From NCBI GenBank assembly GCA_041690295.1, contig JAWLHR010000012.1, forward strand, positions 1-64,000: a stretch of 64,000 nt of DNA, read 5' to 3'. How positions within the stretch are numbered: position 1 is the first letter of the stretch; the number at the start of each line of letters is the position of its first letter. The notes under the pieces were generated by a model. It was not told the origin of the DNA and made no database searches. It saw only the letters and a list, made by a program, of their open reading frames with translations. The position numbers and the translations under genes are program-made. This document shows positions 38,873 through 48,582 of this stretch, one piece after another. The stretch comes from Bdellovibrionales bacterium. GTDB lineage: Bacteria; Bdellovibrionota; Bdellovibrionia; Bdellovibrionales; UBA1609.

Positions 38873-40207
38873 TTAAAGACCAATCGCAACAGGAGCGACT
38901 TTGTCTTGCGTCGTATTGTCGCCGATTTGTCCCGCGTTATTGTCACCCCAACAAAGGACACGGTTTTGATTGGTGTACCCACAGGTGTGCGACAGGCGGT
39001 ACAGTGTGCTGCCGTTTTGCCCGCCGGCCGCGACGTGAATGAATTGTTCTCCGGTTTGTAAAAGCACGACCACGGGATTCGGCGGCGGTGATCGCAAAGT
39101 GTTGCCCCGGTTATTTTGTCCGAGCTGCCCGGTCTCGTTGGAGCCCCAACAATAAAGTCCGGTGTCTTTGATGGCGCAAACGTGAGTGAAATTCGCCGAT
39201 AGGTGTGTGGTCTTTTGCTCAAAACCCGGCACGGCTCGAGGAGTCGTGATGGACGTTGCCGTGCTGTTAACTCCCACCTGGCCAAACTGATTGTAGCCCC
39301 AGCAGTAAAGGGAACCGTTGCTCTTTCGCGCGCACGTCGTTCGATCGGACGCGGCCACCGCGACCGTGTCCGATTCAAATCCCATCACCGGGTTCAATTG
39401 AACGGCGGTGGGATTGCGTCCAGCGGTCGTGGTCGTGTTCCCTAAGCCCAACTGTCCGTTGCTGTTATTTCCCCAACAATAAAGGGCGCCGCCCTTGATC
39501 GCGCAGGTGTGCTGATTGCCGGCGGCCACCGCGGTCACGCCATCGAAATTCGGAACTTTATACGGGACTTGTTGTGGGGCCGCGGACGCCAAACCGGATT
39601 GGCCCACATTGGATGTTCCCCAACAGTAAAGCGATCCATCTTTGATGGCACAGGTGTGATCCCGACCGGCGGAAACCGCGGTCACACCCGCATTCATATT
39701 GAACACCGCTTGCGGAAAGGCGGCATTGGCCGTCGTTCCCGTGCCCAGCCGGTAAGAGGCGCCGGTTCCCCAACAATAAAGGGCCCCGCCCTTGATCGCG
39801 CAGGTGTGCGATTCACCCGCGGCCACCGCTTGAACTCCTGTTTCCATTCCCGATACCGCCGTGGGAATGGTTCGCGAGGACGTGTTGCCCGTACCTAATT
39901 TTCCATTGGTATTGTTGCCCCAGCAAAACAAAGCGCCATTCTTGATCGCACAGGTGTGTGTCAGGCCCGCGGTGAGCGGACCGGAGTTAGAACTTTTCTG
40001 ATAATCCGTGAGTGGGTCCGATGGCATGGGAGGAGGCATCGGCTGAGGAGTCGGCATTGGCGCCGGCTCCGGAGTCGGTTCCGGAAGAGGTTCAGGTGAT
40101 TGACTGGATGAATTCTGAAGACCGGTCGGCGCATCGAGATCCGCACAATTTTGAAAGAATAGAACCAAAACGATGGCGAGCGAAACCCCGATTAGCCAGC
40201 GGTTCAT
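38873..40207 (-). CDS. RCC1/BLIP-II repeat beta-propeller lipoprotein with Pro-rich stalk
   Basis: About 7 'AG..HTCAI..G.LYCWG.N..GQLG' repeats; N-terminal 'FFQNC'; PEPLPEPTPEPAPMPTP linker. Confidence 0.92.
   Translation of the reverse strand: MNRWLIGVSLAIVLVLFFQNCADLDAPTGLQNSSSQSPEPLPEPTPEPAPMPTPQPMPPPMPSDPLTDYQKSSNSGPLTAGLTHTCAIKNGALFCWGNNTNGKLGTGNTSSRTIPTAVSGMETGVQAVAAGESHTCAIKGGALYCWGTGASYRLGTGTTANAAFPQAVFNMNAGVTAVSAGRDHTCAIKDGSLYCWGTSNVGQSGLASAAPQQVPYKVPNFDGVTAVAAGNQHTCAIKGGALYCWGNNSNGQLGLGNTTTTAGRNPTAVQLNPVMGFESDTVAVAASDRTTCARKSNGSLYCWGYNQFGQVGVNSTATSITTPRAVPGFEQKTTHLSANFTHVCAIKDTGLYCWGSNETGQLGQNNRGNTLRSPPPNPVVVLLQTGEQFIHVAAGGQNGSTLYRLSHTCGYTNQNRVLCWGDNNAGQIGDNTTQDKVAPVAIGL
39469..39809. 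repeat. 44-bp near-identical direct repeat inside the RCC1 gene
   Basis: 39469-39512 and 39766-39809 differ at one base. Confidence 0.8.
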
Positions 40208-40437
40208 AATACCCCTTTTAAAATCCCCTCTTAGACGTCATTTAATTTAATCATGTTCCGTCTCAAATGACGACCCTTGATCCCAATCTGAGACACTAAC
40301 TCTTAGGCGATTTATAAAGTTCGACAGTCGCTGGTCTCCTGACAGGTGTTAGAATCCTATTCTTTTTCGAAAAAATCTTCCGGGCAAGGGTATGCCAGTT
40401 GCAATAGTTGGTGGTAAGCTTTAAGGGCGGGGTGTAC

Positions 40438-41259
40438 ATGGGGAAATTCGGAATCAAGCAACTGAGCATATTAGCCGGTTTGTTCGCACTCATTGTCTCA
40501 TTTCAAAACTGCGCGGAACAGAAGTTTTCCACAACCGGGGTGAGCGGCGGCTCATCGGTGACGTTCGGTAATAGTGATGACGACGCCTACGGCGTTGTCA
40601 CTCAAACCAACGGCCCGAACTGCCGTAGCGTCCTTAGAAATTCCACGGCCCCGATCAAAATGATCTTCACGGTCGACGTTTCGGGATCCAATCGCTCAGG
40701 ACAGAGCGGAACTCCGGCCACGGACCCGCAAAAAGCCGTCCGCGGGGATTCCATCCGCCGCTTCTATAATTCCTATGCGACAAAAACCAATTTCGCTTGG
40801 AGTTTCATCACCTTCGCCGGAACTCAGGCGAAAAGCCTGCTCAAACTGGGTAATTCTCAGGCCATGAGCAGCACGATCGATGATTTCTTCAATATCACGG
40901 ATAACGGGAATACGCCTTATCTTCCGGCGCTGAATGAAACTTCAGCGATCATTAACGGCGACACCAGCCGCACCGCGGACACCAAGTATGTGGTGGTGTT
41001 CTTCTCCGATGGTATGCCGAATCCGACCGTGGCCGTGCAAACGCTGACTCAAAATGTGACGAATATTATTAATCTCGTTCCTGGCCGAGTTTCATTCAAT
41101 ACCGTTTATTACGGACAGTACAACGCGGATGCGGCCGGACGCTTGCAGGCCATGGCCCAAGCTGGTGGCGGAAACTTCTTGGATACGAATGCCAATCCCA
41201 CCGGCAACGCCTTCTTGATCAGCGATCTCGTGGTCGTGCCGGGCGAAGTTTGCCAATAA
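40438..41259 (+). CDS. von Willebrand factor A domain lipoprotein
   Basis: 'SFQNC' signal; MIDAS 'VDVSGS', 'GNTPY..AL', 'FFSDGMP'. Confidence 0.85.
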   Translation: MGKFGIKQLSILAGLFALIVSFQNCAEQKFSTTGVSGGSSVTFGNSDDDAYGVVTQTNGPNCRSVLRNSTAPIKMIFTVDVSGSNRSGQSGTPATDPQKAVRGDSIRRFYNSYATKTNFAWSFITFAGTQAKSLLKLGNSQAMSSTIDDFFNITDNGNTPYLPALNETSAIINGDTSRTADTKYVVVFFSDGMPNPTVAVQTLTQNVTNIINLVPGRVSFNTVYYGQYNADAAGRLQAMAQAGGGNFLDTNANPTGNAFLISDLVVVPGEVCQ

Positions 41260-41326
41260 CTTCACCCATCGCTTAACTATCTGAGTCAAATATAGACCCA
41301 CATCAAAAATTTTCTGGAAATAAGGC

Positions 41327-42745
41327 GTGGGCTTAAATCGTATTTTAACCGTTTGTCTTTTCCTTGCCGGATTTTCTCTGACCATCTTCGCCATTCAATC
41401 CGGTGACGTCTTCATGTATTTGTCGCTGGCCCGCGATTTCATTCTGCGAGGATCCTGGACGACCCAACAGGATCCGTACTTATATTCGCTGCCTGAAGCC
41501 CGCTTGGATTATCTGCATGAATATCTGAGTTATTTGATTTTCGCTCTGGCCCACAAGATTTTCGGATTTGCCGGGCTAATTGGACTTAAAGCTCTCGTTT
41601 GGTCCGCCGTTTTTTTACTCACCCTACTCGCCTTCCCGCGGGCGAAAAACAGCGATTACCTTTGGGTTGGAATATTCCTACTGGCGATATTGGCCGCTTC
41701 ATTCCGATTCATTGAACGATCGAGCATGTTCTCGGATCTTTTTTGCGTCGGCCTCGTGGCTCTTTTGCTGAACAGCGACCGCGTGACCAAAGGGTTGATC
41801 GCGGCACTTACGGTCTTGTTCCTGATCTGGATTCAACTTCATCCCGGGTTTCCACTTGGACTGGGCCTGCTCGGGCTTTGGGCCCTTTATCATCTCTTCA
41901 TTGATAAAACGATAAAGCCACGGGAGGCGATTTGGCTGGCTTTGCCCGTCGTGGCTCTTTGTTTAAATCCACTGTGGCTCGAGGGAGTTCTTTACCCCTT
42001 CGCCTTTGGAACCAATGAGACGGCCATTCTAAAAAAATACAATTTCGAGTGGATGCCGTCCTATCATCCGGCTTTTCGAACCACGCCCGAAGTCATGGCC
42101 TTTTGGCTGCTCCTGCTTGTCACCTTCTATCTGATTTGGCGTGAAAAGGCTTGGACCAGCTTGCGCGCGATCTTTATTTATTTTTCTATCGCCATCGCAC
42201 TCCACGCCGTTCGTTTTGTGCCGTGGGCGTCCTTTGCCATTCTGATCGCCGCGAAACCCTGGGTGGGACTTAAACATTTATCCCAGGCGGGAAAAATCGG
42301 TGCGAGCGTTGTTGCCGCTATTCTTCTTCTTTTCGCCGCCAAAAATCTGGTCTATGGCTACAATTCCTCTTCAGGGGAGCGCCTTGCCGGCCAACTCTTG
42401 GATCCCAAGTTTTTTCCCCTAAAAACCATTGAGTTTTTACGTGAAAAGCGAATTCCCGGCCGGCTTTATAACACCCATGATTTTGGATCCTATCTCATTT
42501 GGCGGCGGGAACTGCCGATTTTTCACCATGGCTTCGTGACCGATATGAAGTTTTACGAAGCCGAAGTGATCGGCGCGCTACGCTCCCGTGAAACCTTTTT
42601 GTATTTGGCGGCCAAGTACAATTGGACGATGTTACTCGTGGAGAAGACCTCGTATAAATACTTTTATCACCATTTGAAATCACTCCCCGACTGGAAAATC
42701 GTGACCGAGGATGAGGCTTCTTATTTAATTTACCGGCTGCCTTGA
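41327..42745 (+). CDS. polytopic membrane protein, GT-C-like glycosyltransferase candidate
   Basis: About 11 TMs; 'D.F.YL..AR', 'DPY.YS', 'HEYL', 'W.QLH.GF..G', 'LNP', 'EW.P' pattern; C-terminal soluble domain. Confidence 0.65.
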   Translation: MGLNRILTVCLFLAGFSLTIFAIQSGDVFMYLSLARDFILRGSWTTQQDPYLYSLPEARLDYLHEYLSYLIFALAHKIFGFAGLIGLKALVWSAVFLLTLLAFPRAKNSDYLWVGIFLLAILAASFRFIERSSMFSDLFCVGLVALLLNSDRVTKGLIAALTVLFLIWIQLHPGFPLGLGLLGLWALYHLFIDKTIKPREAIWLALPVVALCLNPLWLEGVLYPFAFGTNETAILKKYNFEWMPSYHPAFRTTPEVMAFWLLLLVTFYLIWREKAWTSLRAIFIYFSIAIALHAVRFVPWASFAILIAAKPWVGLKHLSQAGKIGASVVAAILLLFAAKNLVYGYNSSSGERLAGQLLDPKFFPLKTIEFLREKRIPGRLYNTHDFGSYLIWRRELPIFHHGFVTDMKFYEAEVIGALRSRETFLYLAAKYNWTMLLVEKTSYKYFYHHLKSLPDWKIVTEDEASYLIYRLP

Positions 42746-42794
42746 AAATCCTGGCCATTGCCAAAACGGACCTTCGCGATTAGGAATATTCCTT

Positions 42795-43298
42795 ATGAAA
42801 ACAGAAACGATTGTCTTGGCCGGCGGCTGTTTTTGGGGGGTTGAGGAATTACTGCGTAAAGTTCCCGGCGTTGTGAATACCGAAGTCGGATACACCGGCG
42901 GGCACACATTGGATCCGATTTATGAGGACGTAAAGACCGGCGAAACCGGACACGCTGAGTCCGTCAAAATCGAATTTGATTCGGAAAAACTTCCGCTACC
43001 GGAACTCTTGCGTCTGTTTTTTGAAATGCACGATCCGACCACATTAAACCGGCAAGGCAATGACGTGGGAACCCAGTACCGCTCGGCCATTTTCTACAAT
43101 AGTCCCGAACAGAAAAAGGCCGCCGAAGAAGCCATTGCCCGCGCCGCTCAAAGCGGATTGTGGTCGCGGCCCATCACCACCACCGTCGAACCGCTCAGAC
43201 GGTTTTACTCCGCGGAGGAGTATCATCAGGATTACCTGCAAAAGAATCCCGGTGGTTATAATTGCCATTACTGGCGGCGGGAGCCTCCTCAGCCGTAA
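42795..43298 (+). CDS. msrA: peptide-methionine (S)-S-oxide reductase
   Basis: 'AGGCFWG', 'TGHAE', 'HDPTTLNRQGNDVGTQYRS', 'AEEYHQDY'. Confidence 0.96.
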   Translation: MKTETIVLAGGCFWGVEELLRKVPGVVNTEVGYTGGHTLDPIYEDVKTGETGHAESVKIEFDSEKLPLPELLRLFFEMHDPTTLNRQGNDVGTQYRSAIFYNSPEQKKAAEEAIARAAQSGLWSRPITTTVEPLRRFYSAEEYHQDYLQKNPGGYNCHYWRREPPQP

Positions 43299-46200
43299 CC
43301 AACTTGGTTCCAAACCGCAGCAAAAATCCCCGGATATTTTCCATGTAGCTAAACACAGCGGGAATCACGATCAGCGTGAGCAATGTGGAGCTGACCACGC
43401 CCCCGATCACCGACATCCCCAGCGACCGGCGCTGATTGGATACTTCGTTCAATCCGATCGCCACCGGAACCATGCCCGCGATCAAACATAAGCTGGTCAT
43501 GAGAATCGGCCGCAAACGTGTCCGGCCCGCCTCGATGATCGCCTCAGCCCGCGAATATCCTTTTTCGAGCAGCTGATTGATGTAATCGACCAAAATAATG
43601 GAGTTTTTCGTGGCGAGACCCATCAGCATGATACACCCGATCATTGAATAAAGATCCAGCGACGCGCCCCCAATGTAGAGTCCAAAGAAGGCTCCACAGG
43701 TCGATAGCGGGATCACCAGCATGATGGTGAACGGAGTGAAGAACGATTCGTAAAGTGAAGAGAGAATCAGATAAATGAAGATAAGCCCCAAGAGAGCCGC
43801 GACCATCATATTGAACATCAGTTCCTGGAAGTTTTCCGCCTGACCCACGTAGCGGTGGCTCATTCCCGGCGGAAGCTCCAGTTCACCGCCCGGTCCCAAC
43901 CATTTATCGATATCGGAAATCGCGCCACCCATACCGGGACCACCCGGGCGCAAATCAGCGGTCACGGAAACATAGCGGGCACGATTTTCACGATCGATAC
44001 TCGCCGGGCCTGTCGTGGCGGTGGCTTTGGCCACACGATCCAATTCGACCAACCGGTCGTTCATATTCGGCACCAGAATTTGCGAATAGTTTTTTTCAAG
44101 GTCCCGCTGATCGGGTTTCAAACGCACTCGCACGTCATATTCAAGACCGTTTTCGCGATAAACCGCGGGGGTCAGCCCCTCAACCTGAGCGCGAAGCTCC
44201 TGTCCCACGGCACTACTGCTCACACCCAGCCGTTGAGCGGCGTTGAGATCCACCAGCACCTGGAATTCGGGCTTACCCGGGCGAAAACTCGTGTCCGGGT
44301 CGATGAGCGCCGGGTGATCCATCAGTTTCTCTTTCACCTTCAACGCAATATCCGAAACCTGATCCAGATTGTGCCCAATGATGTTCATGGTGAATGGGCG
44401 CATGCCGCCGCCCACGTAATCGATGTCCTTCACCATGGGGTTGGCGTCGGAGAATTTCTTCAGCATCTCGCGAAGCTCGCCCTTCACATCAGAGGTGCTT
44501 TTTGAGCGAGTGCCGAACGGACGAAGATAAACATAAATCTCGGCCTTATTTTTTTCCTGCAGCCGGCTTCCGACCGTGACCACTCGATTCACCACCTCGG
44601 GGTGACTGGCGATGACCTCATCCACTTCCAAGGCGCGCTCGCGCATTTTTTCCAGACTGGTTCCCGGAGCCATGTCAAGACTGACGGAAAATTCACCGCT
44701 ATCCTGAGGCGGAAAAAACGTTTTCGGCACCTTCATCAACGGCACGCAGCTCGACAATACAATGACCCCCGTCGCGGCGAGAGCCATCCAAGGCCGCTTG
44801 AGAATCCGTCGCAACAAAGTTTCATACCGGATGACCAGCCATTCCTGCACACGATTGAACCAACGAACCGGGGTTCTCATCAAATAGACGAAACGATTCT
44901 TGGACTCCACATTGTGGCCGCCACCAAAGTAAGCGCTCATCATCGGCGCGTTGGTGAGAGCGTCGAACAAGCTGATCATCATAATAAAGCAAACGGTTAA
45001 ACCGAATTGCTTAAAGAACTGACCGACCACTCCGGACAAGAATCCAATCGGCATGAACACCGCGATGATCGTCAACGTGACCGCGATCACCGCCATGGTC
45101 ACTTCCAAAGTTCCTTCAAGCGCCGCCCGTCTGGAACCTTTACCCATCTCCATATGACGAAAGATGTTCTCGCGCACCACGATGGCGTCGTCGATCAAAA
45201 GTCCGACCGCCAGACTGAACGCCAAAAGGCTCATGATATTGATACTGAATCCCGCCGCATTCATCAGCGCGAAGGCACCGATCAGTGAAACCGGAATCGC
45301 CACACCGGTGATGATGGTCGAGCGAATGCTCCCCAAAAAGAAATAAACCACAAGTACGGTCAGGATGATCCCGATGATGATGGCCTCAGCCACATCCAGC
45401 ACGTTCAGGTAGATGTAGCGGGCCGAGTTGCTCACCACTTTCAGTTCCGCCTCGGCGTCTTTGTATTGCTGGGAGAGTTCTTGATTGATTTTTTCCGCCC
45501 GCTCGATCACCGCGTTGGCCACGGCGATCGTATTCGATCCGCTTTGTTTAAAGACATAAAGCAAGAGAGTGGGTTCGGCATTGAAGTAGGTGTAGCTTAG
45601 CGGATCGGCCAAAGTGTCGTTCACTTTTCCCAGGTCCTTGAGTAAAATCGGACGGTCATTGCCAAAAAAGTTCACGGTGGCGTTTTCAATGGCACCCACA
45701 CTTTCAAATTCACCGACCGTGCGGAAAATCATGTCCTGGCCGGCCTCATCCCGGTTCACGGAACCGGCGGGAATATTTTGACCGGTCATGGACAACCGTC
45801 GGGCGATGGCGGTGATGGATAAATTCGCGGCGGCCAATTTATTACGGTCCAACTCGACATGGATTTCCCGCTTTCGTCCGCCGATGACTTCCACCAAGCC
45901 CACGCCATTGATGGTTTCCAATCGGGGTCTTACGACTTCGTTGGCCAAATCGTAATGTTGGCCCATCGGCATTTTAGCTTTCAAAGAAAGCATCATGATC
46001 GGCTGGTCGGCCGGGTCCACCCGGCGAATGGTGGGCTCCTCGACGTCGTCGGGAAGTTTACGGCGCGCGCTTCCGACTTTATCACGCACCTGTTGTTCAG
46101 CGTACTTGACGTCCGTTTCCAGCGTGAACTCCGCCACCACCAGCGACAAGCCTTCGCGGTTCACCGAGCGCACGGTTTTCACACCGGCGATGGTCCCTAA

Positions 46201-46410
46201 CTCTTCTTCGAGAGGCTTTGAAACCAGGGTTTCGATTTCCCTGGGAGCGGCACCCGGATAAGGCGTATTGACCACCACCACCGGGAAGGTGACGTCGGGA
46301 AACAGATCCACCGGGATTTTCATGAACGAGAAAAATCCCAAAACCAGAATCAAGAGCAAAAGGCACGTGATGAAGATCGGCCGTTTGATTGAAAGTTCCG
46401 AGATACTCAT
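43195..46410 (-). CDS. RND efflux permease (AcrB family), paralog of 25274..28465
   Basis: 1071 aa; 'GLLIDDAIVVRENI', 'GLATKNSIILVD', 'RLRPILMTS'. Confidence 0.96.
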   Translation of the reverse strand: MSISELSIKRPIFITCLLLLILVLGFFSFMKIPVDLFPDVTFPVVVVNTPYPGAAPREIETLVSKPLEEELGTIAGVKTVRSVNREGLSLVVAEFTLETDVKYAEQQVRDKVGSARRKLPDDVEEPTIRRVDPADQPIMMLSLKAKMPMGQHYDLANEVVRPRLETINGVGLVEVIGGRKREIHVELDRNKLAAANLSITAIARRLSMTGQNIPAGSVNRDEAGQDMIFRTVGEFESVGAIENATVNFFGNDRPILLKDLGKVNDTLADPLSYTYFNAEPTLLLYVFKQSGSNTIAVANAVIERAEKINQELSQQYKDAEAELKVVSNSARYIYLNVLDVAEAIIIGIILTVLVVYFFLGSIRSTIITGVAIPVSLIGAFALMNAAGFSINIMSLLAFSLAVGLLIDDAIVVRENIFRHMEMGKGSRRAALEGTLEVTMAVIAVTLTIIAVFMPIGFLSGVVGQFFKQFGLTVCFIMMISLFDALTNAPMMSAYFGGGHNVESKNRFVYLMRTPVRWFNRVQEWLVIRYETLLRRILKRPWMALAATGVIVLSSCVPLMKVPKTFFPPQDSGEFSVSLDMAPGTSLEKMRERALEVDEVIASHPEVVNRVVTVGSRLQEKNKAEIYVYLRPFGTRSKSTSDVKGELREMLKKFSDANPMVKDIDYVGGGMRPFTMNIIGHNLDQVSDIALKVKEKLMDHPALIDPDTSFRPGKPEFQVLVDLNAAQRLGVSSSAVGQELRAQVEGLTPAVYRENGLEYDVRVRLKPDQRDLEKNYSQILVPNMNDRLVELDRVAKATATTGPASIDRENRARYVSVTADLRPGGPGMGGAISDIDKWLGPGGELELPPGMSHRYVGQAENFQELMFNMMVAALLGLIFIYLILSSLYESFFTPFTIMLVIPLSTCGAFFGLYIGGASLDLYSMIGCIMLMGLATKNSIILVDYINQLLEKGYSRAEAIIEAGRTRLRPILMTSLCLIAGMVPVAIGLNEVSNQRRSLGMSVIGGVVSSTLLTLIVIPAVFSYMENIRGFLLRFGTKLVTAEEAPAASNGNYNHRDSFAGNPDDTPPRSKTV

Positions 46411-47801
46411 TGTTGCTCCTCAAATGACTTGAGTTGATTTCGCGCCTGAACCAGAGCTAACTGCGCCCTGACTCGCTGAATTTGAGCCGCCGCCAAATTC
46501 TGCTCCAATGTGAGAGCCTGAAAGGTCGTGGTTCGGCCGTTGATCAAACGCCGCCGCTCTTTTTGCACCAGCTCCGTTTGTAGACGTTCAAGTTTTCTGG
46601 CTCGTTCATACTGATCTTGGGCATCGTGAAGCTTGCGATGGAGATCGGCGTACACACGTTCCAAACTGAATTGGGCGTGGTGAGCCAATTCGCGAGCCGC
46701 CCGCCGATTCGCCGCATACCCGCGCCGGATATCGTTTATGGTGCCAATGTCGATGGAAACCGCGAATTGTAAACCGACGGTCCAATAGGGATGGCGGAAC
46801 TCATGGGCCTCGGAATAAGAGTTGGCCGTCCGCCCATCCATTCCGTTGGATCCGTAAGTCGCCACCAAATCCAGTTTCGGTTGAATCGTCGAGCGGGCCG
46901 AACGTGATTTCATGTCCATCACCCGCGCCTGCTCCATGAGAATTTTAAAATCCTCACGGGTCATCCCCGGTTTACTGGCCACTTTCATCACCATTTCTTC
47001 CGCGGGAAACTCGTCGAGTTTTTCGATTTCATCCGAGTCGCGCCCTCGCATCGTATTGAATTGGCGGATCAAGGCCGCCCGCTCGTCGCGCGAAGTTTTC
47101 AATTCCAGCTCACGGGATTCGAAGGCCGCTTGGGCTTGAAGCGCGTCCACATCGTCCACCAGCCGGAGCCCGGACTTTCTCCGCATCAAATCCCTAAGCT
47201 TCATCGCCCGCTCCACGTTTTCCTCCTGAAGCTTGACGATTTGATTGTAGGAGACGAGCGCCCAATAAAGATCTTCCGCATTGAGAAGGAGATTCTTAAG
47301 TTCGAAGCGCGCCCGCAATTCTTCGGCGCGAAGCTCGGAGCGCCGGGCTTCGATGTCCGCCCGCGTGGCATCGCCGAACCCGTTCCGCCAAAGGGATTGG
47401 CGAAGCTCAAAAACCGCCGTGGAATCCTGATAGTCGGTTGAACTGAAGGCGAAGGCCGGCGCATTGGTCAGCGTATTTCTTTGGGTGAGAAAATAAACAT
47501 TCCCCTGTAAGCCGAAGGATGTTTGTTTCCTCAAGCCGAGTTGCCAGCGATGGCCCTGGGCCCGGGATTGAGCGAAATTGCTGATCTGATCCCTTTTGTC
47601 GTCGAACTGTTCCACCAAACCATACAATTCGGGAATGAGAATCGAATCCGCCTCTTCCATCCTCAGTTTTATGGAATCAGCCTGCTGTGCCAGTGACTTG
47701 GCTTGGGGATTTTCATTGCGGACCTGGTTGAGATATTCAGCCAGTGTCAGCGCGTGTCCCGGAACTGATGTGAGCGCGATGATCATCAAGATGGTTTTCA
47801 T
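46407..47801 (-). CDS. TolC family outer-membrane efflux protein
   Basis: 'ELRQSLWRNGFG', 'YWALV', 'PKLDLVA', 'GRTTTFQ'; ATGA overlaps with both neighbours. Confidence 0.9.
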   Translation of the reverse strand: MKTILMIIALTSVPGHALTLAEYLNQVRNENPQAKSLAQQADSIKLRMEEADSILIPELYGLVEQFDDKRDQISNFAQSRAQGHRWQLGLRKQTSFGLQGNVYFLTQRNTLTNAPAFAFSSTDYQDSTAVFELRQSLWRNGFGDATRADIEARRSELRAEELRARFELKNLLLNAEDLYWALVSYNQIVKLQEENVERAMKLRDLMRRKSGLRLVDDVDALQAQAAFESRELELKTSRDERAALIRQFNTMRGRDSDEIEKLDEFPAEEMVMKVASKPGMTREDFKILMEQARVMDMKSRSARSTIQPKLDLVATYGSNGMDGRTANSYSEAHEFRHPYWTVGLQFAVSIDIGTINDIRRGYAANRRAARELAHHAQFSLERVYADLHRKLHDAQDQYERARKLERLQTELVQKERRRLINGRTTTFQALTLEQNLAAAQIQRVRAQLALVQARNQLKSFEEQQ

Positions 47802-48427
47802 TTCAAGACTCCATCGGCGAAAAGTTGGACGATATGGTCGGCGAATTTTTTGCGAAAGGCTTCATCTTTAAACGACAAGCCGTAATACTTTCGGGCCAGA
47901 ACATCTTTTCTTGCGGCATCACAACAGGACACGAACATCAGCGAAGCCGCGATCATGGGATCGACTTCGTTTCGCAACAATCCGTTGTTCTTCGCTTCTT
48001 CGAAAAACGAAACCACGGCCGTAAACGCGCGCAGCATGGTGTTTTCGAAAATTTTTAAGATGATCGGATTGGCCGCGCGAATTTCACGCTCAATGATTTC
48101 AAAACCGTAGGGATCCTTACTGAAGCCGTCGAGCATTTCCTCGGCGAAAAGCTGAACACGCACTTTAATTTCATCACGGCTTCGCGGCTCACCTAAGATC
48201 CGCAACACGGCTTCCATGCGACCGCGGGCGAAGGGCTCCATGCACGCATGAAGCAAACCTTCCTTGTCCTTAAAGTGGTAGTTGATGAGGGAGTTGGCGA
48301 CCTTGGCTTCAGCCGCGATGTCCTTAAGATTCGCCCCTTGAAATCCATATGTGGCGAAATGCTTCTTCGCCACATTGATCAGGGTCGATTTGACGTCGTC
48401 CGCACTCATGAGAATCTCATCGGCCAT
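47798..48427 (-). CDS. TetR/AcrR family transcriptional regulator
   Basis: 'A..HFA..GFQG..LKDIA.EAKV..SLINYHFKDKEGL' HTH. Confidence 0.93.
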   Translation of the reverse strand: MADEILMSADDVKSTLINVAKKHFATYGFQGANLKDIAAEAKVANSLINYHFKDKEGLLHACMEPFARGRMEAVLRILGEPRSRDEIKVRVQLFAEEMLDGFSKDPYGFEIIEREIRAANPIILKIFENTMLRAFTAVVSFFEEAKNNGLLRNEVDPMIAASLMFVSCCDAARKDVLARKYYGLSFKDEAFRKKFADHIVQLFADGVLK

Positions 48428-48438
48428 ACTTTCAACTT

Positions 48439-48458
48439 ATTTGAAATTAATTTCAAAT
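48439..48458. promoter_or_regulatory. perfect 20-bp palindrome, probable TetR operator
   Basis: ATTTGAAATT-AATTTCAAAT, 11 bp upstream of the TetR start. Confidence 0.7.
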
Positions 48459-48582
48459 TCATCGAAATAATTATTAAATTTCCTTTAGGACGGGTTTACT
48501 CAGTATTTTCAAGGGTTTATTCGCGCCCAAATCGATACAATCGACTTGGAATTGCGGATCCGATCATTTAGATTGGGGCCCC

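Noticed and set aside
40384..40397. sigma54 promoter TGGCAT-ACCC-TTGC on the minus strand
   Set aside because: The spacing is GG-N9-GC, one base short of the strict -24/-12 requirement.
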